Origin: Candidatus Scatosoma sp.
GTDB taxonomy: Bacteria > Bacillota > Clostridia > Christensenellales > Borkfalkiaceae
NCBI GenBank assembly: GCA_045606365.1
Contig: JAZURU010000080.1
Span: 1 to 36,001, forward strand
Length of the DNA: 36,001 bases
Direction of reading: 5' to 3'
Part shown: piece after piece, positions 16,708 through 24,700 of the stretch
How positions within the stretch are numbered: the stretch's first letter is position 1
Layout of the letters: each line of letters opens with the position of its first letter
Notes under the pieces: generated by a model
What the model was told of the DNA's origin: nothing
Seen by the model: the letters and a program-made list of their open reading frames with translations, nothing else
The model's database searches: none
Position numbers and translations under genes: made by a program

Positions 16708-18114
16708 TTACTTTTGGCTTGCAAGATAAGCATCGTAATAAGGCAAATAAGCTTTTGTATTTTCTAACATTCTGTTAAACAACTCGCGTGCTTTTTCTTC
16801 CGTCAAACATACGTTGGGATTATTCATAAACAGAACGAATGCCTTTTCGTAATCTCCTTCCAACGCTGCATCCACCACTTCTTCCTGTTCTTCGATAATA
16901 CGCATAATCAACGCATTCAATGCATTAGGTACTGCCCCCGCGAGCACTGGTCTTACGCTATCCCCAGAGAAGAACGCATTCGTTTCGACAACCGCACCCA
17001 ACGGATTATTAGATATCTGACCGACGTTGGGAAGATTTACATTGGTAACGAAATCACCAAGTCCCAAAATCGCTTTGATCTGACGTACCGTCTCTTCCCC
17101 CGTATTGCGCAGCTCAAACGGCTCCCCATTGTAATATCTCTTTGCTTTTTCTTTTCTATTCTGATACTCGATTTTTCTCCAATCCACACTCGTCAACGAA
17201 AAACCGTATTTTGCATAAACCATTTCCTTGTTTGCCAAAAACCAATTACCGGGACAAAATTCTGCAAGATGCCTATCCCCAGCTGCGGCAATCACGCCGT
17301 AACGCTTAAATAAGGTAAACTTAACAAGCTCCGTCGTCACGTATGCACCGTTTGCCCAATGTTTCGCTTCAACGCTTTGTTCCAAGCCGTCAGGGTGCTT
17401 ATTGACGTACTCTCTATATATCGGTAATAAATCCATACCTTTATATTTTGCTTCCGTCAAAAAAGTAAAATGGTTGACCCCAACTACATTGATACGAATA
17501 TCATCTCTCGTTGCCTGTATGCCGTATTCTTCTTCTAAAATCTTTATCAAAAGCTTTTGTGTGCCGAATACTTCATGGCAGCAACCAAACGCTTTAATCT
17601 CTGGAAATACCTTATATAAGGTTTTTACACACGCCGTCATAGGATTTGTAAAATTGATAACCCATGCCTTGGGACAATACTGTTTAATTGCTAAAGCAAA
17701 ATCTCTAAACATAGGCAAGCAACGTAGCGCTCTCACGATACCCCCTGGACCAGTCGTGTCGCCGACAGGTTGATAAATACCGTACTCTTCTGGCACATGC
17801 ACATCGCTTTCCATTTCGTCAAACGTACCAGGTAAAATAGAAATAACCACGAAATCGGCCCCCGTCAACGCATCACCGATATTTTCGCAAGCTTTATAAC
17901 GCCATTTCCCCTTCACGTCATCGCGAAGAGATAATTCGTTGCCTATTTTTTCGTTAATCTTCGCCCCTTCAAAATCAATGTCGTACAAACGAACATCACC
18001 GCCAATTTCTTCGTCTAACGCCAAATCATTCATTAAATTGTGCGCCCACGCGCGCGACCCCCCGCCAATATAAGCGATATGTATGTTCTTAAAATCTTTA
18101 ACTGCGCTTTCCAT
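16708..18114 (-). CDS. Glycoside hydrolase family 4 (NAD+/Mn2+-dependent), LplD-like alpha-galacturonidase/alpha-glucosidase type, 468 aa
   Basis: IAYIGGGSRAW is an N-terminal Rossmann NAD motif. WVINFTNPM, AFGCCHEVFGTQ and AAGDRHLAEF are GH4 hallmarks. The overall N-terminal string closely matches my recollection of B. subtilis LplD. First gene of the locus; AGGAGA RBS. Confidence 0.85.
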   Translation of the reverse strand: MESAVKDFKNIHIAYIGGGSRAWAHNLMNDLALDEEIGGDVRLYDIDFEGAKINEKIGNELSLRDDVKGKWRYKACENIGDALTGADFVVISILPGTFDEMESDVHVPEEYGIYQPVGDTTGPGGIVRALRCLPMFRDFALAIKQYCPKAWVINFTNPMTACVKTLYKVFPEIKAFGCCHEVFGTQKLLIKILEEEYGIQATRDDIRINVVGVNHFTFLTEAKYKGMDLLPIYREYVNKHPDGLEQSVEAKHWANGAYVTTELVKFTLFKRYGVIAAAGDRHLAEFCPGNWFLANKEMVYAKYGFSLTSVDWRKIEYQNRKEKAKRYYNGEPFELRNTGEETVRQIKAILGLGDFVTNVNLPNVGQISNNPLGAVVETNAFFSGDSVRPVLAGAVPNALNALIMRIIEEQEEVVDAALEGDYEKAFVLFMNNPNVCLTEEKARELFNRMLENTKAYLPYYDAYLASQK

Positions 18115-18200
18115 AGAATTCTCCTAATTGTTAATTGAATAGTAAAATCCAAGATTTTCTTAATTCCTAATCCATGCGATTTCTTCTTAATAGATGATAT

Positions 18201-18238
18201 TGCTGTGTTTATGCATAAACACAGCAGGCATGCCTGCT
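18201..18238. promoter_or_regulatory. Two overlapping perfect palindromes (26 bp and 16 bp) in the GH4/araC divergent region
   Basis: 18201-18226 is TGCTGTGTTTATGCATAAACACAGCA, with every position self-complementary (checked base by base). 18223-18238 is AGCAGGCATGCCTGCT, also perfect. They share 4 nt (AGCA). They lie about +51 to +88 of the predicted minus-strand promoter. Confidence 0.45.
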
Positions 18239-18295
18239 ATTTTTTCTAAAGCTTTCGATAATTTTGCAGTATACTATCTCACTATCATTTTTTTC

Positions 18296-18324
18296 ATTAT
18301 AGCACACCCATTTTATCAAGTAAA
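18296..18324 (-). promoter_or_regulatory. Candidate sigma-A promoter of the glycan locus (extended -10)
   Basis: Minus strand reads TTTACT-17 nt-TATAAT, with TGC immediately upstream of the -10 (TGCTATAAT). Confidence 0.4.
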
Positions 18325-18367
18325 TAATAAAAAATACTATTTATATAGCGTTTTTAATTAAAATATC

Positions 18368-18396
18368 TTGACTTTTTGTCAAAAATAGAATATACT
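18368..18396 (+). promoter_or_regulatory. Candidate sigma-A promoter of the AraC-family gene
   Basis: TTGACT (18368-18373), 17-nt spacer, TATACT (18391-18396). The ATG at 18403 is only 6 nt past the -10. Confidence 0.5.
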
Positions 18397-18402
18397 GGAA
18401 AT

Positions 18403-19287
18403 ATGAGAAGCATTCAGGTTGAATATTTATCTAAAAATGGAATACGGTTTCATCATTCGATATCGCAATATCCTAACGATACCGTCAATTTTCAGTGCGC
18501 AGAATCCCATTATATGTTCGAATTATTTTTACTATTGTCGGGATCCGTAACCTATAATATTGAAGGCAAGTTCTACGAGGTGCATCCTATGGAAATGATT
18601 ATTATTCCACCCAATGAACTACATTCAATTAAAATTGACGCCTCAAAACCATACGAGCGCATGGTTTTACATTTTGCGCCAGATTTACTGCCTTCTTTCA
18701 ACGATTTGGATATTCTTGCTCCGTTTAACACAGCTAAAAATACCTTTGCGCATATTATTCCGCGTAATTTTTTAGAACACTCAAATTTGTTAAATTTAAT
18801 GTATAAATGTAAAGAGCATTGCAAAGAAAAAAGCAAATATATCGACCTTCGTTTGGCGCGCACCATTTTGCAAATTGTGGAATCCTTAAACGAAATTATC
18901 AGTCAATTGGTTTCATCGGACAATCAGCCAGTCGAACCTATAAACCTCAAAACTATTTCCGCATCGTGTATTCAGTATGTTAACGCAAATCTTACAGGTG
19001 ATACAGATTTATCCACAATCGCAAATGCACTAAACGTCAGTGCTTCCCATTTACAATTTGCTTTCAAGAAAGAAATCGGTATAACCTTACATAAATATAT
19101 CACGAATCAAAAAATGCAGCTAGCGCGCAATCTATTGATGCGTGGACAATCGGCGCAATCCGTCGCCCGAGAGTTAGGCTACGAATATTATTCTACTTTT
19201 TATAATAACTATAAAAAACTTTTCGGCATCATCCCCACCTCGCTGACCGAAATCCAACGTAAGTACTGGGAAAATATAGACGTTTAA
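18403..19287 (+). CDS. AraC-family transcriptional regulator (cupin sensor domain plus C-terminal dual HTH), 294 aa
   Basis: N-terminal cupin-like HYMFELFLLLSGSVTYNIEGKFYEVHPMEMIIIPPNELHSI. C-terminal AraC HTH LSTIANALNVSASHLQFAFKKEIGITLHKYI...ARELGYEYYSTFYNNYKKLFGIIP. The track starts at TTG 18376, which lies inside the predicted promoter spacer, so I prefer ATG 18403. Confidence 0.9.
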   Translation: MRSIQVEYLSKNGIRFHHSISQYPNDTVNFQCAESHYMFELFLLLSGSVTYNIEGKFYEVHPMEMIIIPPNELHSIKIDASKPYERMVLHFAPDLLPSFNDLDILAPFNTAKNTFAHIIPRNFLEHSNLLNLMYKCKEHCKEKSKYIDLRLARTILQIVESLNEIISQLVSSDNQPVEPINLKTISASCIQYVNANLTGDTDLSTIANALNVSASHLQFAFKKEIGITLHKYITNQKMQLARNLLMRGQSAQSVARELGYEYYSTFYNNYKKLFGIIPTSLTEIQRKYWENIDV

Positions 19288-19404
19288 AAAGTTTTCTTCA
19301 TCTTTTTTAAACGCGAATATAGACGAGCAGTATTCACCACATATCCATCTCATTAAATTCCCAGAAAAAGAAAAGACTGTATTTCCTATATTATAAGAGC
19401 ACAA

Positions 19405-19467
19405 GACGACACCTTGACCGCGCGCCGCAGGCGCGGTCGCAAAAGTCAAGGTGTCGTCGCTTTTTTT
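19405..19467 (+). terminator. Rho-independent terminator downstream of the AraC gene
   Basis: 14-bp outer stem GACGACACCTTGAC / GTCAAGGTGTCGTC encloses a GC-rich inner hairpin (CGCGC...GCGCG) and is followed by GC plus T7 (19461-19467). Confidence 0.75.
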
Positions 19468-19575
19468 CAACCGATTTACCGGCTTAAAGACCGAAAAAAC
19501 GGTGGTTTTCGCGCTAATCCGCTTTTCTGCAATCATGATGCAAAAGCTTGAATTTAGCTTGGCTAAAATACCCCA

Positions 19576-19614
19576 GCAAAAAAGGGATAGGCAAAACGCC
19601 TATCCCTTTTTTGC
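19576..19614. terminator. Bidirectional Rho-independent terminator (serves the minus-strand AEC transporter gene)
   Basis: GCAAAAAAGGGATAGGC-aaaac-GCCTATCCCTTTTTTGC: GC-rich 9-bp core flanked by A6/T6 on both sides, 35 nt past the stop at 19649. Confidence 0.75.
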
Positions 19615-19648
19615 TACATGCAACGTCACGTCACAGTTCATTCACTCT

Positions 19649-20659
19649 TTAAATAACCACGCCCAAAACCGTATTCATAAACAAATACAACAACGGAAGG
19701 GTCGCAACCGAACATATCGTTGATAAGACAACGCCCACCGAAGCAAAATCGCTATCCTTTTTGAATTGCACCGCCATCATCGCTCCGCTGGTTGCGCTTG
19801 GCATCGACAACAAGAAGAATATGGTATATTTTATCGTAGAAGAAATCGGCAAATACGCGACGAGAAACATTACGATAAAGGACATTACGATCAGCTTTAC
19901 CCCCGTCGCAATATACGCCCACTTGTCTGTCAACAGCTGTTTCACGTCTATATTCGCCAACCGTATACCAATCACGAACATTGAAAGCGGCGTCACCATA
20001 TTCGACAAGAAATGAAGGCTGGACATTAGCTTGCTTAAAATCGTATATACAATCGTTCCTTCCGTCGCAAGCTCTAAAAACGGCTTTTGCATGCTGAAAA
20101 ATAAAATTAAGCTAAAGATCACAGCGATAATTACGGGGTTCAGCAATACCTTCTTTAAAGATATTTCCCTCTTATCTTCCGTCAAAATATATACGCCGAA
20201 CGTCCAATTTAAAACGTTAAACACCGCCAAAATTACAGCGCAATAAATGACTATTTCTGCCTGCAAAGCCGCATCTGTAAACAGGGATTGCAAAAAGGGC
20301 AAGCCCATAAAACCACAGTTGGAAAATACGCTTAAATATTTCACCAACTTTACCTTTTCATCCTTTTGCCATTTGATAAATGCCAATTTAACAACGGCAA
20401 ACATAATCAAATGCGCCGCCAGCGCAATCCCTGCCACCAACAGCATATTCACAGCAATGTCAGGGTTGAAAGAACAGCCTTGAAAGCTGGTAATAATTAA
20501 AATAGGCTGACAGCCGTATAACACGATAACGGAAAGCGTTTCGCTTGCCGTCTTCGGAAACATTTTCGTCTTTGCAAAGATAAATCCCGGTACAGCCAAG
20601 ACCAGCAGAAACAATACCGTTATAAAAACGTCAAAAAAACTAATCATTCTATCCAACAA
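19649..20659 (-). CDS. AEC-family (auxin efflux carrier / Mem_trans) permease
   Basis: Highly hydrophobic with about 10 TM segments and a two-halves architecture with a central loop. The N-terminus ..FFDVFITVLFLLVLAVPGFIFAK is typical of AEC/malate-permease-like proteins. The track start is TTG at 20659; an alternative ATG (MISFF) is at 20647. Confidence 0.7.
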   Translation of the reverse strand: MLDRMISFFDVFITVLFLLVLAVPGFIFAKTKMFPKTASETLSVIVLYGCQPILIITSFQGCSFNPDIAVNMLLVAGIALAAHLIMFAVVKLAFIKWQKDEKVKLVKYLSVFSNCGFMGLPFLQSLFTDAALQAEIVIYCAVILAVFNVLNWTFGVYILTEDKREISLKKVLLNPVIIAVIFSLILFFSMQKPFLELATEGTIVYTILSKLMSSLHFLSNMVTPLSMFVIGIRLANIDVKQLLTDKWAYIATGVKLIVMSFIVMFLVAYLPISSTIKYTIFFLLSMPSATSGAMMAVQFKKDSDFASVGVVLSTICSVATLPLLYLFMNTVLGVVI

Positions 20660-20695
20660 ACCCCCAGCAGATATAACGATGCATGAGGGATACGA

Positions 20696-21109
20696 TTATT
20701 TCATCAACTTAAAGAATGCGTCGTATGCGCCCTCGATAGCGATGCCATTATCATCTAAAATATGGGCAAGTGTAAGAATGTCCATCACCGCAGTTTGGTC
20801 TTTTTTGATCTTTTTCCAGCCGAGATAATCGTCCAACGTAATGATGTCCGTACCAAATTTTTCGTTTACAAAATCGGAATAGTTGCTGTTGACGCAAATC
20901 GCTACGCCACCCGAAAATTTAAACAGCTGCGGCTTGAAAAAGATAATGCTGTCAATGCTGTCAGGCGGGAAATTATACATTTCGCCATCGTTCGCCTTCA
21001 TGCTGAGATACCCACCGTTAAAGATTGCCCAGCCCAGCTTGTTTTGCACGATCTTATCGGGCGTAAAGCTGTACTTTGTTCTGTCCCATACAAAAACGTC
21101 TTTGCTCAT
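20696..21109 (-). CDS. Hypothetical cytoplasmic protein, 137 aa
   Basis: GGAGA RBS 6 nt upstream of the ATG and its own strong predicted promoter. No motif I recognise. Confidence 0.7.
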   Translation of the reverse strand: MSKDVFVWDRTKYSFTPDKIVQNKLGWAIFNGGYLSMKANDGEMYNFPPDSIDSIIFFKPQLFKFSGGVAICVNSNYSDFVNEKFGTDIITLDDYLGWKKIKKDQTAVMDILTLAHILDDNGIAIEGAYDAFFKLMK

Positions 21110-21130
21110 ATCATTTCTCCTTGTTTTTCA

Positions 21131-21145
21131 GCGATTGGCAATCGC
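21131..21145. promoter_or_regulatory. 15-bp inverted repeat GCGATTG-G-CAATCGC in the 5' UTR of the 137-aa gene
   Basis: Perfect 7+1+7 palindrome located about +11 to +25 of the predicted promoter at 21163-21191. Confidence 0.3.
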
Positions 21146-21162
21146 GCTTATTCCATAATATG

Positions 21163-21191
21163 ATGATAGCACAATCCGAAAAAGTTGTCAA
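21163..21191 (-). promoter_or_regulatory. Candidate strong sigma-A promoter for 20696-21109
   Basis: Minus strand reads TTGACA-17 nt-TATCAT, with TGC just upstream of the -10 (extended -10). Confidence 0.55.
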
Positions 21192-21290
21192 GGCTTTGAC
21201 GAAAATTGTCGAAATAAAAATGGTTGAGCGCGCGACAATTTATTCTACAAAGAAATACAGGAGCAATACGGCAAAAGGTATGCGTAAAAA

Positions 21291-21701
21291 TTAGATTTCA
21301 TACTTGGCGCAAAGGATCAGCAGTTTCCCCAGCGCATCGGCAATTTCCGACTTCTCATAAACGGAAAAATATTCTTTCGTCGAATACCTGCCCACCTCTT
21401 TTTGCAATTTATGCAACAACAGACTATCCGCCCCCGACAGACGTTTTTCCGACAGAGCGTATAACAATTTCCGCGCGTGTAAAAACTTTGCGTCCGACGG
21501 CGTACGCGTTTCTTCCGAAACGGCAAGCGCCGTTTGCAGACGGCTACGAAGATATTCGTTTCGGCTATCAGGCAAGACGTACTGCGCCTCCTGCTCTACC
21601 CGCCGATAGCGTTCCTCACACGCCCTCTTTTTTCGCAAGCAAACCACCGAAGTGACAATAGACGCCACGCATGCCGACAGCAAAACACAAAACAAAAACA
21701 T
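21291..21701 (-). CDS. Hypothetical N-terminally membrane-anchored helical protein, 136 aa
   Basis: GAGGTG RBS upstream of the ATG. MFLFCVLLSACVASIVTSVVCLRKKR is a single TM segment followed by a positive patch; the rest is predicted helical and charged. Lies 56 nt downstream of addA. Confidence 0.65.
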   Translation of the reverse strand: MFLFCVLLSACVASIVTSVVCLRKKRACEERYRRVEQEAQYVLPDSRNEYLRSRLQTALAVSEETRTPSDAKFLHARKLLYALSEKRLSGADSLLLHKLQKEVGRYSTKEYFSVYEKSEIADALGKLLILCAKYEI

Positions 21702-21745
21702 AAAAGCACCTCACGGCATAATCATTGCCCAATCGAGGTGCTTTT
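21702..21745 (-). terminator. Hairpin between addA and the 136-aa gene (terminator-like; sequesters the downstream RBS)
   Basis: AAAAGCACCTC (21702-21712) pairs with GAGGTGCTTTT (21735-21745) around a 22-nt loop. On the minus strand the 3' arm contains the GAGGTG RBS and runs into TTTTATGTTTTTG, which includes the start codon. Confidence 0.3.
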
Positions 21746-21757
21746 ATTCGTTCGCGC

Positions 21758-24700
21758 TTACAATTCCATCTCAAAGCCGCGATAGATGTTCACGATGGTA
21801 CAGCGCACGCTGCCCACAGGCAAGTTCAGCGCCTTTGCCACCGCCATTTTATACAGCCTAAGCTGCATTGCATACGTTTCACGCAGCGCATCCTCTCCCT
21901 TTTGCGAGTACTTATAATCCAAAATCTCGGCAAATCCGTCGCCGACCGCCAAGAGGTCGATTGCCCCTTGCAACAGCATTTCCTCGTCGCAGGCAGGACA
22001 ATCCGCCCCGCCTCTTTCGCCCAGCACCGACAGAACCTCACGCGCCGGCAAAGCCGCCATGAACCGCTGCTCTTTATACAGCCGCACATCACGCAGACGG
22101 TAAAACACAGGGTTGCCCAAAATTTCCGTCAGCTTGTCCGCGTCCAAAACCGACAAATATTCCTCGGTAAGCGCCGCCACAGCCCGCATTTCTGCAAGTG
22201 CCTCTTCCACGCATGTTTTTAACGCCAAGGGGTCCCCCTGCAAACCGTCCAAACGGAAAAAATCGAAATGCTCTAAAAAGGCATGATACGCGCTGCCCAC
22301 CAAGGTGTCCGTGCCGCGTGCCGCGCGCTCTGCCGCCTGCGTTGTTTCGTCGTCAAAGTTTTCGAAAAACGCCGCCGCTTTCGAGGTGTTCTGCGCGTCC
22401 GCAAGCTTCATCAACGCCGTGGGCGACGTCTTTGCGGGCATATTCTCGCAGCCTGGGTGCGCGTACGACCAAGCCTGCGCGCGCTGAATTTCTTTCACCA
22501 GCGTTTCGTCCGCCTCAATCGCCAACGCCTGCCGTTCTACGGGCGGTATTTCCACACCTGCCCCCTCCGTTTTGTATTTTTCCCACAGCGAAAAATCGGT
22601 GATGTCCTCGTAAGATTTTCCGTAGCAAACGTCTGCCCCCTCCGATTCCTCGTCAAAGAGCATATGCAGCGCATATTGCGCTCTGGTCAAGGCTACGTAA
22701 TAAACGTTCAGCTCGTCGCGCACGTTTTCCAATCCCTCGTTGCGCTTATGCAAAAGGCGCAGCACGGTGGAGGCATAGGTCATTTTTTCGGTATCGTACG
22801 CCTTGGGGGCTAAGCCGTAGCCGTCGACGTACCAAACCTCGTCCCGTTCCCCCTCGCGGAAAGCACGGCTGAGGTTAGAGGCGATAACCACGGGAAATTC
22901 GAGCCCCTTAGAGGCGTGCATCGTCATCACACGGACGGCATTTTCGCCTCCGTTTTCGCAATACTTAATCGTATCATCCAGCATTTTCAGCCGAGCTAAA
23001 AAGGCATGCGTATCCAACGGCTCGGGATTGCGTGTTTCCTCGATAAAGCGGTGTATCCGCTTTAAGCAGTTTTCCCCATTCACGCCCGCAAGCAAGCCGA
23101 TTTCCATCTGCTTTTCTGCGATTACGCGGGTCAAGACCTCGCCCGCGTCCGCCACCTGTGCAAATCGCCTAAGCTTTTTAAAATAACTGAAAAACGCCTG
23201 CAATTTCTGCGCCGTTTCGTCCGTATGCGCTTGAACATAGCGTTGGCAAGCCGTACGGAAATTCGCCCTTTTTTCCTGTCCGAACTCTTTACCGCCGTCC
23301 TCCGACCCCGCTTTTTGGCAATCCTCGGCAGCCCTTTCAGAAAGACGAACGGCAACCAAATCGTCCTCCGTCAACCCCCCAATCGGGGAAAGCAGCACGC
23401 TGGCAAGGGGAATGTCCTGCTGCTGATTGTCTATGAGGCGCAAAAGGTCGATCAGCAGCTTGATTTCAGGGAAATCGCAGATGTTAACGGGGGATTCCGA
23501 GGAAACGGGCACGCCCTCCGCCGCCAAAGCGGCAATCACCTCGGCAATACTCCCCTTTTTCCACCGATCCAAAACGGCGATATCCGAATACTGCACCCGC
23601 TTGTACGTACCCGTTTCGACGTCGTAATATTCGGACATACGCTCCCGTTCGATAATCTCGCGAATTTTTTTCGCCATCTTGGACAGCTTGGCTTTTCGAA
23701 AGGAAGTGTTTTCCCGCACAGAGTACACGCCCCAAACGTGTTCTTCCTCTTCCTCGTCGTCCTTGCCGACGAAATGCACCTGCACCCGACCTTTTCCCGG
23801 TTCGTACAGCTCGCCGAACAGCATTACGCCGTCCTCTTTATAATCCACCTCGCTGTTTTCCTTGGTCATGATACGGGTAAACTGCTCGTTCACCGCGTCC
23901 AAAACGGGGGAAACGCTGCGGAAATTTTTGCTCAGTTTCAAGGCGTTTGCGGTGGGATCAGCGGCAAATTCCGCCCATTTTTCGGCAAAGAATTTGCTCT
24001 TGCTGCCTCTAAATCCGTAGATGGATTGCTTGATGTCCCCTACCAAAAAGAGGTTCTTGCCTGAAACGCCGTTGACAATGCGTTCCTGCACAGGGTTGAC
24101 GTCTTGATATTCGTCCACAAATACGTATTCGTATTTTTCCTGCATTTCTAAGGAGATCTCTTCCCGCCCCAAAAGCGCCAGCGCAAAGTGCTCTAAGTCA
24201 TTATAATCCAGCACTCCACGCAGCTTTTTCAAACGCATATATTCGTCGTCAAACCGCAGAACAAACTTTGCCAGCGGGCGTGCCAAGCCTGCCGCCAACG
24301 AGAAGTTTTTTCGCTCCTCTTCACGGGTGGATACCACCTTTCGTTCCGTGTCGTTCATTCGCTTTTTGATCTTGTCTTGCAGCCTTTCCATCTGCCGATA
24401 GGCGGCAAGCACCTTAGGCGGGTCCTTCATCGGATCCACCTTGGGCTTTGACGGCATTTTTCCCCACGGCAGCTGCGCCAACGCAAATAAATCCCCCGCG
24501 TCAATCCAACCGTTCAAAACGTCCATCAGCGCTTCGCAATGTTTGCAAAGGTCTGCCCTGCCAAAGTCCTTGAATACGCGATAGAGCACGGACAGCTGCT
24601 CGCGGTAAAACCTACACTTTTTCACATACCAATCAAACGCCTCTTGGCAGACGGCGTCAAACACCTGATCGGTATCCTGTCCCGAACCTTCCAGCTCCTG

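Noticed and set aside
19174-19536. 120-aa minus-strand ORF overlapping the end of araC and the terminator
   Set aside because: It runs through two terminator structures and the 3' end of the AraC gene, has no RBS, and its composition looks non-coding.
19468-19575. 108-nt segment bracketed by two terminators as a possible small RNA or small ORF
   Set aside because: I found no convincing promoter. The only ORF (MMQKLEF...) reads straight through the terminator hairpin. The internal hairpins have stems of only 4-5 bp.
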